The translations under genes were made by a program, and so were the position numbers. From Candidatus Azotimanducaceae bacterium (lineage in GTDB: Bacteria; Pseudomonadota; Gammaproteobacteria; Pseudomonadales; Azotimanducaceae): a stretch of 64,000 nucleotides of DNA. Positions within the stretch are counted from its first letter, which is position 1; the number at the start of each line of letters is the position of its first letter. The stretch is from assembly GCA_047630175.1 (NCBI GenBank), contig JBLHVI010000007.1, positions 253-64,252 on the forward strand, in the 5' to 3' direction. Shown piece by piece: positions 21,823 to 31,221 of the stretch. The notes beneath the pieces are model-generated. The model had not been told where the DNA came from. It worked only from the letters and a program-made list of their open reading frames with translations, and did no database searches.

Positions 21823-22171
21823 GGAGAGCTGACCGATAAGCCGGGTTCTGTCGTGGACAATCATTCATCTACGGTACATGTCGCCATATACCTTTAGCAA
21901 CCTACCCGAATCCAATTGCGGGCCGCAACGCTGGATTCCTATTTGGTCTTGCTCCGAGTGGGGTTTACACTGCCACGAACCGTTACCGGTCGCGCGGTGC
22001 GCTCTTACCGCACCTTTTCACCCTTACCTGCAAGCAGGCGGTTTATTTTCTGCTGCACTTTCCGTAGGCTCACGCCTCCCAGGCGTTACCTGGCACTCTG
22101 CCCTATGGAGCCCGGACTTTCCTCTACCGTCCCGTAAACGGACCAATAGCGATTGCCTAGTCAACTCTCCA
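21823..22171 (-). ncRNA. rnpB: RNase P RNA, bacterial type A
   Basis: The minus strand carries the universally conserved P4 strands GGAAAGTCCGGGCTCC (22122-22107) and ACAGAACCCGGCTTATCGG (approx. 21851-21833). P1 pairs GGAGAGTTGAC with GTCAGCTCTCC. Internal GGTAAGGGTGAAAAGGTGCGGTAAGAGCGCACC is near-identical to E. coli M1 RNA. The ends are approximate to within a few nt. Confidence 0.93.
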
Positions 22172-22177
22172 GCGCTA

Positions 22178-22183
22178 ATTATA
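22178..22183 (-). promoter_or_regulatory. Putative -10 element of the rnpB promoter
   Basis: A perfect TATAAT on the minus strand, 7 nt upstream of the predicted RNA 5' end (GGAGAG...) and preceded by TG. No good -35 is present. It lies between the rsmI stop codon (22211-22213) and the rnpB 5' end. Confidence 0.4.
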
Positions 22184-22210
22184 CATAGAATTGGTCACTG
22201 GTGGGGCTAT

Positions 22211-23050
22211 TTACACCTGCTGGCGCAATTGAACCGCCATTGCATACAACGCCTTCTTGTTTTCGCCCGTAATCTGGCTGGCAATATCCGCAGCGCGACG
22301 CGGCGGCATTTCTGGAAGCAGCAACTTCATTATCCGTAAGGCCTCATATTGCGCCGGCGAAGCCAGATCCGCATCAGTACCCGCTATCAGCAGCACGAAC
22401 TCGCCTCTGGTTGGAATATAGCCTGTTTGTAAGTGAGCGATCGCTTCGCTCGCAGACCCGTGCCATATTTGCTCAAACCGTTTAGTCAACTCGCGTGCCA
22501 GCGTGACAACGCGTTCCGCCCCAAAAATCGACGCGACATCTTCGAGCGTTTCATTAATTCGATGCGGCGCCTCGTAGAATACCAACGTTTGAGTTTCAAT
22601 CAGCAAGGCCTGCAGATGACGTTGCCGACCAACGCGCTTGGCCGGCAGGAAACCCTGAAAGCTGAATCTATCCGTCGCCATACCTGACGCACATAGAGCC
22701 GCCACCACAGCACTAACGCCGGGAATAGGAATAACTTGTACGCCCGCTTCTCTGGCAGTTTTAACCAACCTATAGCCTGGGTCAGATATTAGCGGTGTCC
22801 CCGCATCGGATATAAGCGCAACGGACTGTCCTGCCTGCAATGTTTTGATCAAACCTGCAGTTGCCACGGCCTCATTGTGTTCCCGGTAACTAATCAAGCG
22901 CGTGCTAATGCCGAAATGATTGAGCAGTGGCCGACTATGCCGGGTATCCTCGGCAGCGATAAGATCAACGGTCTTGAGTATCTCAATGGCACGCAAGGTG
23001 ATGTCTTGAAGATTGCCAATAGGCGTTGCAACAATATATAGGCAGCTCAA
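22211..23050 (-). CDS. rsmI: 16S rRNA (cytidine1402-2'-O)-methyltransferase
   Basis: A 279-aa ORF with LYIVATPIGNLQDITLRAIEILKTVDLIAAEDTRHS, the tetrapyrrole-methylase-fold RsmI signature. It is divergent from lpoA, as in E. coli. The start codon is TTG. Confidence 0.93.
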   Translation of the reverse strand: MSCLYIVATPIGNLQDITLRAIEILKTVDLIAAEDTRHSRPLLNHFGISTRLISYREHNEAVATAGLIKTLQAGQSVALISDAGTPLISDPGYRLVKTAREAGVQVIPIPGVSAVVAALCASGMATDRFSFQGFLPAKRVGRQRHLQALLIETQTLVFYEAPHRINETLEDVASIFGAERVVTLARELTKRFEQIWHGSASEAIAHLQTGYIPTRGEFVLLIAGTDADLASPAQYEALRIMKLLLPEMPPRRAADIASQITGENKKALYAMAVQLRQQV

Positions 23051-23306
23051 AGCAATAAATCCTTAATGCTGGGCAACACGCCGAGCAGATGAGTATAAGT
23101 GGCAAGTCGAAACCAGGTCAGCGGACAATCACATACTTTGCGTACACAATCATCGACAGATAACGGCGCAAGGTCGCACGCCCAAAACGCGCCGAAGCAC
23201 GCCGAATACATCGACAATCTTACGGCGAGCGTCATTCAAATCGGTTAGGATGGCAGTTATTCCCAACGACATCCAGAGAAACACTCTGCAGGGTTAATCT
23301 GTCCAA

Positions 23307-25148
23307 ATGAATAACAAGATGCTCACCCCTTCGCGTTGCCTAACACTCGTAGCGCTGCTGTGTCTGCTGGCAGCCTGTGGATCGCAACCACGTGAACCCG
23401 GGCAGATCTCAGGTTCTAATTCGGCGCAAACTCCGACACTAGACACGCAGAACATTGAACAGCTACTTGTTACCGCGGCAAGTAGCCCTGCGCCACTGTC
23501 GGACCAACTTAAACTCAAAGCTGCAACGCTTGCATTGAATGCAGGCGACGCAATGCTATCGCGCAGCATCTTGCAGCGTGTAACGCCACAACCCGTGGCC
23601 GCACTAGTACACCCGTACATCATGGCTCAAGCACAGCTTGCAATTTTGCTGGAGCAACCCCATCGAGCACTGTACTGGCTCGCTGACAGACGCCTCGCAG
23701 ACACACCGCTGACGACATTAGAAAAAATTACCGAGGGTCGTCTGCGAGCTACGGCGCACTTACAGGCCGGCAATCATCTGGCCAGCAGCCGGGAGCGCAT
23801 TTTATTCGACAACCTTCTCAATGATGAAGCCCAAGGCCTCAACCATGATTTGATTTTCGAAGCACTGATGTCTTTGCCCGCGCCAATGCTCAGAACTCAA
23901 GCCGAAGCCGCTGTTACCAGTGACCTACGGGGTTGGTTGTCGCTAGCCGCAGTATCGAAACAATATCAATCAGATCCTATTCAACACTGGGATGCACTGG
24001 GCAGCTGGAAGGAAGCGTGGGGCTACCACCCGGCGGCTAAACAGCTGCCCGCAAGCCTACGCATGCTGGCACAAATTATTCGCGATCAACCGAAAGTTAT
24101 CGCGCTATTATTACCACTGCAAGGTGAGATTGGGACCTATGGCCGGGCAATACGTGATGGAATTCTTGCGACCCACTATGCGATGCACGGCAAGGCAGAT
24201 ATTAAGATATTCGATACCAGCAATCTGGATGTTGAATTAGTCCTGGCTCAGGCACAAGCCGCTGGCGCACAGTTAGTTATCGGACCTTTATCACGCGAAA
24301 ATGTGACGAAGTTAGCACGTAACCCAGCACTACCACTTCCAGTGTTAGCCTTAAACCGGAGCTTGGAAGGCCTGACCAGTTCAAACCTATATCAGTTTGG
24401 TCTAGCGCCAGAGGACGAAATCAATCAGGTGGCAGATAGGGTCTACAACGAAGGACTGCGTAATGCCTTGGTTATTTACCCAGAAGGAGACTGGGGTAGC
24501 CGAAACTTCGCCGCTTTTGAAGATCGTTGGGCAACGCTCGGTGGAAATGTTGTCGACAGCGCCCAGTATGCCAACCAGCGCGATTACTCCGACCTAGTCA
24601 AGACATTATTGACAGTCGATCAGAGCGAACGCCGCGCAGCTGACGTTCGCCGAATCATTGGTGAACGGTTTGAGTTCACACCACGTCGACGTATGGATAT
24701 TGACTTCGTTTTCTTGCTAGCCAGTCCAGCACAGGCTCGTGGTATCAATCCAACCCTCGCATTCTATTACGCCGACGACATCCCGGTATATGCGACCTCT
24801 CATGTGTACGAGATCAGTGATTCCCGCATCGAGTCCATCGACCTCAATGGTATCCGTTTTTGCGATATCCCTTGGAAACTTAACCAAGACAACGCGATTC
24901 AGCGCCAAGTTCAAGAAAGCTGGCCGGCAGCACGTGCTCAATTGGCACCCTTCTACGCCTTAGGAGTAGATGCGTACCAAATTCACCCTAAATTAAAGTA
25001 CCTCAAGGCCTTACAGTTTGAAAAAACGTATGGCGTGACAGGCGTTCTGCAGATCACACCAGATAATTTGATTACGCGAAGCTTGATGTGGGCGCAGTTT
25101 AGCAAAGGAAGGGTCATCGCAACTCCGACGGTGGTTGAAGCTTACTGA
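23307..25148 (+). CDS. lpoA: Penicillin-binding protein activator LpoA (outer-membrane lipoprotein)
   Basis: A 613-aa ORF with a lipoprotein signal and lipobox LLAAC. It has an N-terminal TPR-like region and a C-terminal periplasmic-binding-protein-like domain. It sits in the conserved rsmI/lpoA-yraN synteny. Confidence 0.88.
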   Translation: MNNKMLTPSRCLTLVALLCLLAACGSQPREPGQISGSNSAQTPTLDTQNIEQLLVTAASSPAPLSDQLKLKAATLALNAGDAMLSRSILQRVTPQPVAALVHPYIMAQAQLAILLEQPHRALYWLADRRLADTPLTTLEKITEGRLRATAHLQAGNHLASSRERILFDNLLNDEAQGLNHDLIFEALMSLPAPMLRTQAEAAVTSDLRGWLSLAAVSKQYQSDPIQHWDALGSWKEAWGYHPAAKQLPASLRMLAQIIRDQPKVIALLLPLQGEIGTYGRAIRDGILATHYAMHGKADIKIFDTSNLDVELVLAQAQAAGAQLVIGPLSRENVTKLARNPALPLPVLALNRSLEGLTSSNLYQFGLAPEDEINQVADRVYNEGLRNALVIYPEGDWGSRNFAAFEDRWATLGGNVVDSAQYANQRDYSDLVKTLLTVDQSERRAADVRRIIGERFEFTPRRRMDIDFVFLLASPAQARGINPTLAFYYADDIPVYATSHVYEISDSRIESIDLNGIRFCDIPWKLNQDNAIQRQVQESWPAARAQLAPFYALGVDAYQIHPKLKYLKALQFEKTYGVTGVLQITPDNLITRSLMWAQFSKGRVIATPTVVEAY

Positions 25149-25513
25149 TGACCGATAATATCGAGAGCGGTCAGGCAGCAGAAAGTCGCGCGTTGGCTTT
25201 TCTCGAAACCAAAGGCTTTGACTGCATTACGCGCAACTACAGCTGCCGCGCGGGTGAAATCGATTTGATTGTCGCGAACGATTCGACACTGGTCTTTGTA
25301 GAAGTAAGATATCGAAAAAATCCATTGCACGGCACGGGCGCCGAGTCCGTGACTCGTAGTAAGATGCTTAAGATTATTAGCACAGCCCGTTATTTTCTGC
25401 TCAATAACCCGCGCTATGATGTTCTCGATCAGCGATTTGATGTGATCTCTATTGGCGCAGACCTCGACTGGATCGATAACGCATTCACGCTAGATGACCA
25501 AATAAGTAGATGA
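25148..25513 (+). CDS. yraN: YraN family (UPF0102) endonuclease-like protein
   Basis: A 121-aa ORF with GEIDLIV...LVFVEVRYR, the PD-(D/E)xK-like core typical of UPF0102. Its start overlaps the lpoA stop (ATGA-type coupling). Confidence 0.88.
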   Translation: MTDNIESGQAAESRALAFLETKGFDCITRNYSCRAGEIDLIVANDSTLVFVEVRYRKNPLHGTGAESVTRSKMLKIISTARYFLLNNPRYDVLDQRFDVISIGADLDWIDNAFTLDDQISR

Positions 25514-25625
25514 CTAATTAACTAAATGATTAGCTGACAAGGAAGATTGCCATGAGATTGCAGTTATGAGTTTGCACCACATCAGACTGACGAAGCCTAC
25601 TTTATCGCTTACAAAACGACCGAAC

Positions 25626-26180
25626 ATGGCGCGGTGCTGGTTGCCGGTAATCGTTATTTTTATGCTCGGGCTGCAAAGTTGCGCCCTTACGGGACCCGTA
25701 TCCGAGGACTATGGCAGTCGGACTTTCGGCACCGTCTGGGACGACCAAATGATTGAATCTCGTGGCAAATCAGTCATCCGCGCTGTCAGTGATGACTTGA
25801 AAGAAGCGCATTTGGGCGTCATTAGCTTTAATGGCATGGTACTGCTAACAGGTCAGGTGCCGTCAGTGAAGGCGAAAGAAGCGGCCGCCACCGCCATTGC
25901 AGGTCTGCGCAAAGTGCGGACAGTGCACAATGAGTTGGAAGTGGCCGGACCGACAACAATGATGGCTCGTACCAACGATGCGTGGCTAACCACCAAAGTG
26001 AAAACTGCCCTGCTCACAGGAGCTGCCACGGAGGCAGGCAGAGTCAAGGTTGTGACAGAAAACGGTGTGGTTTATCTTATGGGATTTTTATCGCGCACCG
26101 AATCGGAAGCCACTGTTGAAAAGACCAGGCAGGTATTTGGCGTGCAAAAAATAGTTAAGGCTTTCGAATACCTTAACTAA
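25626..26180 (+). CDS. dolP: Dual BON-domain lipoprotein (DolP/YraP-like)
   Basis: It has a signal peptide with a lipobox-like LQSC and two BON repeats (...ISFNGMVLLTGQV... and ...VVTENGVVYLMGFL...). It sits in the slot downstream of yraN. The ATG at 25626 is preferred to the ORF-track start at 25566. Confidence 0.8.
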   Translation: MARCWLPVIVIFMLGLQSCALTGPVSEDYGSRTFGTVWDDQMIESRGKSVIRAVSDDLKEAHLGVISFNGMVLLTGQVPSVKAKEAAATAIAGLRKVRTVHNELEVAGPTTMMARTNDAWLTTKVKTALLTGAATEAGRVKVVTENGVVYLMGFLSRTESEATVEKTRQVFGVQKIVKAFEYLN

Positions 26181-26200
26181 ATTTAGTTTTTATTCCCCTA

Positions 26201-26587
26201 CTATTTAATCACCTTAAGGGCAGGCGGGCGTTTCTGCCTTTCTGGAGGCGGCGGAGGTGGTTCGGGACTCACGTCGTCGCGGGGGAACCACATTCCCTCA
26301 CCGTTTTCCTTAGCGACGATGCCCATAACTGCTTGCATGGGCGCTGAAATATGATGCGAGACACCACCAAAACGTCCGCTGAATACCACGAAGTTATCAT
26401 CGATTAACAAATCTCTGATCGCCATGGGACTGATATTCAACACAATTTGGCCGTCTTTGACGTACGCCTGGGGCACCTGTGTTTCTGCTACATTCGCATC
26501 AAGTATCAGGTAAGGCGTACAGTCATTATCCATGATCCACTCATGGATGGCGCGGAGCAGGTAGGGTACAGACGATGTCATAGCCAT
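26201..26587 (-). CDS. sspB: ClpXP adaptor / stringent starvation protein B
   Basis: It has the N-terminal PYLLRAIHEWIMDNDCTPYLILDA motif, a Pro-rich linker and a C-terminal ClpX-binding-like PALKVIK. It lies downstream of sspA. Confidence 0.9.
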   Translation of the reverse strand: MAMTSSVPYLLRAIHEWIMDNDCTPYLILDANVAETQVPQAYVKDGQIVLNISPMAIRDLLIDDNFVVFSGRFGGVSHHISAPMQAVMGIVAKENGEGMWFPRDDVSPEPPPPPPERQKRPPALKVIK

Positions 26588-26614
26588 GAGTCTCCTCCCT
26601 GAACCGCTAGGCGA

Positions 26615-27247
26615 CTAATCGCGCATATCCAGTTCCGCTTCAGACAGGCTCGCCTGAAAGGAATCACGATCAAACATGCGATCCATATAGTCAAGAATCG
26701 GTTTGCCCTGCTTCGGTGGCAACTCAATGCCCATAGCCGGCAAACGCCATAGAATCGGCGCAACACAGCAATCCACTAGCGTGAATTCGTCGCTCATGAA
26801 ATAAGGCTTCTCGGCGAAAATAGGCGCAATCGACGTCAGGCTTTCGCGCAGTTCCTTGCGAAGCTTGTCAACGACCGCGTCTTTAGACTTACCCGCAACT
26901 ATCAGATCGACTGCACCGCACCAATCTCGTTGAATCCGATATTGGAACAATCGACTTTGAGCCCGTGCTACTGGATAAACCGGCAGTAAAGGAGGATGCG
27001 GGAAACGCTCGTCTAAGTATTCCATGATAACCGTCGACTCGTACAGCACGAGATCACGGTCCACCAGCGTAGGTAAGCTGTTATAAGGATTCAGACCAGC
27101 GAGGTCTTCAGGCATGTTCTGTGGGTCGACGTCAATTATTTCAACCGCTACGCCCTTCTCGGCGAGCACCAGCCGGACACGCTGGCTGTAATGATCATTG
27201 CCATCAGAATAAAAAACCATCGATGAGTGTTTTGCAACTACCCCCAT
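26615..27247 (-). CDS. sspA: Stringent starvation protein A (GST-like)
   Basis: A 210-aa GST-fold protein (...[14 protein letters not shown]...[14 protein letters not shown]...) in the conserved sspAB pair next to rpsI-rplM and petABC. Confidence 0.93.
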   Translation of the reverse strand: MGVVAKHSSMVFYSDGNDHYSQRVRLVLAEKGVAVEIIDVDPQNMPEDLAGLNPYNSLPTLVDRDLVLYESTVIMEYLDERFPHPPLLPVYPVARAQSRLFQYRIQRDWCGAVDLIVAGKSKDAVVDKLRKELRESLTSIAPIFAEKPYFMSDEFTLVDCCVAPILWRLPAMGIELPPKQGKPILDYMDRMFDRDSFQASLSEAELDMRD

Positions 27248-27330
27248 CTATTCACCTCTCAGTAGGGTTGCTCGGAAGGATGTGACAGTCGGACCTTGAT
27301 CGGTCCGACGATACACGACAGATTAACGTC

Positions 27331-28155
27331 TTACTTGTGGAACTCTTTGTGATATTCCCGGCCAAGAAGCCAGGCGAAGACGTAGAAGAAAGCCAGAAAC
27401 AGTAACACATACCAGCCAATCCGCGTCCGATCTAAGCGTGCAGGCTCGCCCATGTAGTATAAAAAGTTTGATAGGTCATACACCACCTGATCATACTCAT
27501 TAGTACTCAATGCACCGGTGCCTTCAACATGTTCAAGTGGACTATAGCCGCGTTCAACTAAATCATAGCCACAAAGCTCTTCAGTGATGAACTCGTTCGT
27601 CAATGCGTCGCGCATGTCGCCACCGTTTTCAGCTAGGCGTGGGACTTGCTTACAGGCTTTCTGTTGCATTCCCTGAAGCTCAACCAATGCATGCGGCATG
27701 CCGACATTCTCGTAAACAAGATTGTTAACCCCCAACGGACGACTGTCGTCTGCGTAAAAAGTTCTCAGATACGTATACAGCCAATCAGGTCCGCCTTTGA
27801 GGTTACTATGAAGCGTTAAATCAGGCGGTGAGGCGCCGAACCAGTTCTTCGCATTTTCTTTACTCATCGTATTTTCTATGAGATCACCGATCTTAGTTTC
27901 TGGATCAAACACTAAGTGTTCAAGCATCAAACTGTCTGGGATGCCGAGGTCAGTTGCCGTACGCTTGTAGCGCTGATACTGCAGTGAATGACAACCAATA
28001 CAATAGTTCATGTACGTCTGCATACCATTTTGCAATGATGCTTGGTTGTGGATATCCGGCTCCATATGATCCAACGGATATCCCGCATCAGAGGCTTGGA
28101 GACCCATTGCGAAAGCAAGGCTACATAACGTTAGGACTATTGTTCGAAACATCAC
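27331..28155 (-). CDS. petC: Cytochrome c1 subunit of ubiquinol-cytochrome c reductase
   Basis: It has a signal peptide, the heme-binding CIGCHS motif and a C-terminal TM anchor. It is the last gene of petABC. Confidence 0.92.
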   Translation of the reverse strand: MMFRTIVLTLCSLAFAMGLQASDAGYPLDHMEPDIHNQASLQNGMQTYMNYCIGCHSLQYQRYKRTATDLGIPDSLMLEHLVFDPETKIGDLIENTMSKENAKNWFGASPPDLTLHSNLKGGPDWLYTYLRTFYADDSRPLGVNNLVYENVGMPHALVELQGMQQKACKQVPRLAENGGDMRDALTNEFITEELCGYDLVERGYSPLEHVEGTGALSTNEYDQVVYDLSNFLYYMGEPARLDRTRIGWYVLLFLAFFYVFAWLLGREYHKEFHK

Positions 28156-29408
28156 ATTGTTACCCTTTCTGGTACGGGTTTAGTCTTTTCAACGCTTGTG
28201 TACCAAGGCATAAGCACAAAATAGGCGAAGTAAATAGCCGTACATATTTGCGCGACAATTGTCCTTCCCGGTGTTGGGTGCACCGTGCCGAGGTATCCTA
28301 AAATAAAGAAGCAGATTACAAATATCCCCAAGAACAACTTACTCGGCAGCCCTTTATAACGCATTGATTTGACGGGTGATTTATCCAGCCACGGTAGCAC
28401 GAACAAGATCGCAATGGCGCCAGCCATCACTACCAATCCCCAGAATTTAGCGGGCATGCCGAATAGCGGGAATGTCGCCGCCCTTAGCATAGAATAATAA
28501 GGCGTATAGTACCAAACAGGCGCGATTAGATCCGGCGTCTTCAGCGAGTCAGCAGGTTCATAGTTCGGGTGTTCCAGCAAATAACCACCGCCATCCGGGA
28601 AGAAGAACATTACTGCCGAGAATATGATTAGAAACATAACGATTGCGGGCACGTCGTGACCAATCGTGTAAAACGGGTGGAATGGTATGCCGTCCAGCGG
28701 TTTGCCATCTTCGTCTAGGTGCTTCTTGATATCGACACCATCGGGATTGTTTGAACCCACTTCATGCAGCGCAAGAATGTGTAAGACAACAAGTACAAGC
28801 AGCACGATGGGCACCGCGACAACATGCAGTGCGAAAAATCGGTTTAGGGTTATCCCGGACATATTGAAGTCGCCGCGTACCCACACCGCTAAGCTGTCAC
28901 CTACCACAGGGATTGCGCTTGCCAGCGACACAATGACCTGTGCACCCCAGTAAGACATATTGCCCCACGGCAGCAGGTAGCCAAAAAAGCCCTCAGCCAT
29001 TAGCGCCAAGTAAATCAGCATACCGAAGACCCAGATCAACTCTCGTGGCTTCTTGTATGAACCATACATCAAACCGCGAAACATATGCAGATAGACCACC
29101 ACAAAGAATGCAGACGCTCCGGTGGAGTGCATATAGCGCAACAACCAGCCGTATTCAACATCACGCATGATGTATTCAATTGATTTGAATGCGCCCTCGC
29201 CCGTAGGCACGTAATTCATCGTCAGCCAAATGCCGGTCAACAACTGATTAACGAGAACTACAAAAGACAGCACACCAAAGATGTACCATATATTGAAGTT
29301 TTTAGGTGCATAATACTTCGACATATGCTTTTCATATGTCTCAGTGACGGGCAGACGATCGTCTACCCAACGCATAATACCTTTAAGCTGTTGTTCCATC
29401 GTCGCCAT
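28152..29408 (-). CDS. petB: Cytochrome b subunit of the bc1 complex
   Basis: A 418-aa polytopic protein with cytochrome b motifs (WNFGS-like NIWYIFG, ...RYMHSTGASAFF..., PEWY-like APVWYY). Confidence 0.96.
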   Translation of the reverse strand: MATMEQQLKGIMRWVDDRLPVTETYEKHMSKYYAPKNFNIWYIFGVLSFVVLVNQLLTGIWLTMNYVPTGEGAFKSIEYIMRDVEYGWLLRYMHSTGASAFFVVVYLHMFRGLMYGSYKKPRELIWVFGMLIYLALMAEGFFGYLLPWGNMSYWGAQVIVSLASAIPVVGDSLAVWVRGDFNMSGITLNRFFALHVVAVPIVLLVLVVLHILALHEVGSNNPDGVDIKKHLDEDGKPLDGIPFHPFYTIGHDVPAIVMFLIIFSAVMFFFPDGGGYLLEHPNYEPADSLKTPDLIAPVWYYTPYYSMLRAATFPLFGMPAKFWGLVVMAGAIAILFVLPWLDKSPVKSMRYKGLPSKLFLGIFVICFFILGYLGTVHPTPGRTIVAQICTAIYFAYFVLMPWYTSVEKTKPVPERVTM

Positions 29409-30007
29409 TAAACTGTTCCCTCGTCCACACCGATTACGAGGACGGAGTCCCCTTCATAATAATACGGTGGCACTTCCATATTGGATGGTGCCGGCACGCC
29501 AGAATAGACTCGGCCTGCCATATCAAATTTCGAACCGTGGCACGGGCAATAGAACCCGCCCATCCACTCTTTATCGAAATCTTGCGGAACAACTTCGGGT
29601 TTAAATTTGGGTGAACATCCCAGGTGGGTGCAGATACCAACAAGTACCAAAATGTCAGGGCGTAAAGACCGGCTATCATTCTGTGCGTAGGTAGGCTGCT
29701 GCTCCTCTAGGGAGTCTGGGTCGGCAAGCCTTGACTTTTTGTCATTCAAAGCAGCGAGCATTGCGTCCGTGCGTTTGACGACGAAGATCGGTTTGTCGCG
29801 CCAAGCAGGAATTGGACCGATTATGTCGCCCGGTACGAGCTTGCCGATATCTACTTTGATTGGTGCGCCGGCCGCCAGAGCTCGAGCACTCGGATTCCAA
29901 GATCCAACGAACGGGATAGCAACACCCACAACGCCTGCCGAACCAACTACTGATGTCGCGCCAATTAAAAAATTGCGGCGCTTACTGTTAATGCCTTCAT
30001 CACTCAA
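29408..30007 (-). CDS. petA: Rieske [2Fe-2S] subunit of the bc1 complex
   Basis: It has a Tat-type N-terminus (RRNFLIGA) and the Rieske boxes CTHLGC and CPCHGS. Confidence 0.95.
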   Translation of the reverse strand: MSDEGINSKRRNFLIGATSVVGSAGVVGVAIPFVGSWNPSARALAAGAPIKVDIGKLVPGDIIGPIPAWRDKPIFVVKRTDAMLAALNDKKSRLADPDSLEEQQPTYAQNDSRSLRPDILVLVGICTHLGCSPKFKPEVVPQDFDKEWMGGFYCPCHGSKFDMAGRVYSGVPAPSNMEVPPYYYEGDSVLVIGVDEGTV

Positions 30008-30145
30008 GACGAAATCTCCCCTCCATTACCAAAGCAACTGAGCAACCACCGCTAGCCGGCGATCTCTCACAAAATACCGGCAGATTTTATCACACTCAAT
30101 CGTTAAATTGCGCGCGAGCAGGGGCTTCTTTACGACAATCTGCGG

Positions 30146-30188
30146 AAAAAATTTGGCCGGCAAATACTGGTTGATACCGGTATTCGCC
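30146..30188 (-). terminator. Putative rho-independent terminator of rplM-rpsI
   Basis: The minus strand forms GGCGAATACCGGT-ATCA-ACCAGTATTTGCC, a 13-bp stem with one G-U pair and one mismatch. A T6 run follows 8 nt downstream. The element begins 17 nt after the rpsI stop. Confidence 0.4.
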
Positions 30189-30204
30189 ACTAACCGCCAA
30201 AATT

Positions 30205-30591
30205 TTATCGCTTGGAGAACTGAGGCTTCTTTCTGGCCTTACGCAAACCAACTTTCTTACGCTCAACAACACGTGCATCGCGAGTAACGAAGCCGGCTTT
30301 TCGCAAAGAAGGTCGTAGGGTCTCGTCAAACTCCATCAACGCGCGGGTAATCCCGTGACGAATGGCGCCTGCCTGACCTGATCCACCACCGCCACGTACT
30401 GTCACGTGGAAGTCAAACTTGTCGATCATTTCAATCAACTCAAGTGGCTGACGTACAATCATACGCGCCGTTTCGCGACCAAAATACAGGTCAAGCGGCT
30501 TGTCGTTAACGACGATGTTGCCCTGGCCGACGGTCATAAAAACCCGCGCTTTGGACGACTTTCTTCTTCCTGTTCCGTAATACTGCGTCAT
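30205..30591 (-). CDS. rpsI: 30S ribosomal protein S9
   Basis: A 128-aa ORF with [10 protein letters not shown]...[19 protein letters not shown]... and a C-terminal KKPQFSKR. Confidence 0.97.
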   Translation of the reverse strand: MTQYYGTGRRKSSKARVFMTVGQGNIVVNDKPLDLYFGRETARMIVRQPLELIEMIDKFDFHVTVRGGGGSGQAGAIRHGITRALMEFDETLRPSLRKAGFVTRDARVVERKKVGLRKARKKPQFSKR

Positions 30592-30605
30592 AGATAAGCC
30601 TTAGA

Positions 30606-31034
30606 CTATATATCGAGTACTTGTGGTTGCTGGGCTGTATGTGGGTGTTCGCTACCGGCGTAGACCTTTAGCTTGCCCAGCATAGAGTAGCTCAGCTTGT
30701 TCTTTGGCATCATGCCCTTAACCGCCATCTGGATCACGCGCTCTGGCGCCTTATCAATCAGCTTATCAAAAGTGATTGACTTGATCCCACCGGGGAAACC
30801 CGTGTGATGATAGTAGGTTTTGTCAGTCGTTTTATTACCGGTGACCCTGATTTTCTCTGCGTTGACGACGACAATGTAGTCGCCGGTGTCAACGTGGGGC
30901 GTAAACTCGGCCTTGTGCTTGCCGCGCAGACGATTGGCGATTTCTGTCGCCATCCGACCCAGAGTCTTATCAGTGGCATCGACAACGTACCAGCTGTGTG
31001 TTGCTGTTTCTTTCTTGGCAGATATAGTTTTCAT
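30606..31034 (-). CDS. rplM: 50S ribosomal protein L13
   Basis: [41 protein letters not shown]... is typical of L13. The ATG at 31034 gives 142 aa. The ORF-track N-terminal extension to 31121 is unlikely to be real. Confidence 0.97.
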   Translation of the reverse strand: MKTISAKKETATHSWYVVDATDKTLGRMATEIANRLRGKHKAEFTPHVDTGDYIVVVNAEKIRVTGNKTTDKTYYHHTGFPGGIKSITFDKLIDKAPERVIQMAVKGMMPKNKLSYSMLGKLKVYAGSEHPHTAQQPQVLDI

Positions 31035-31221
31035 GGGTAAACCGTTATGTTGGAAAAACACACCTGGTTCTACCAGGATTTCGGGAGGCCGCATGTTACC
31101 CAACCCCATCAATACGTGCAACCTAAATCCACGTTACCTCGTGTAGGCAAACTCAAATTATGGCAACCTGTCGAGCCAGAATAACACAACAGTCCCCGAC
31201 TTGAGACTCAGAATTCAGGCC

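Noticed and set aside
21878-22339. ORFs of 153 aa and 73 aa on the plus strand
   Set aside because: They lie antisense across the RNase P RNA gene and the rsmI 3' end. The rnpB identification, based on conserved P4 strands and P1 pairing, fully explains this DNA.
23047-23235. A 62-aa Cys-rich ORF immediately upstream of rsmI, ending in a TTGA overlap with the rsmI start
   Set aside because: It has no RBS, shows odd composition, and occupies the rsmI/lpoA divergent promoter region, which is non-coding in reference genomes. It is most likely a chance ORF.
29466-29482. A TGGCAC-N5-TATTG sequence resembling a sigma-54 -24/-12 element
   Set aside because: It lies on the plus strand inside the minus-strand petA 3' end (just upstream of the petA/petB junction). 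The -12 TTGC is not matched, and there is no downstream plus-strand gene.
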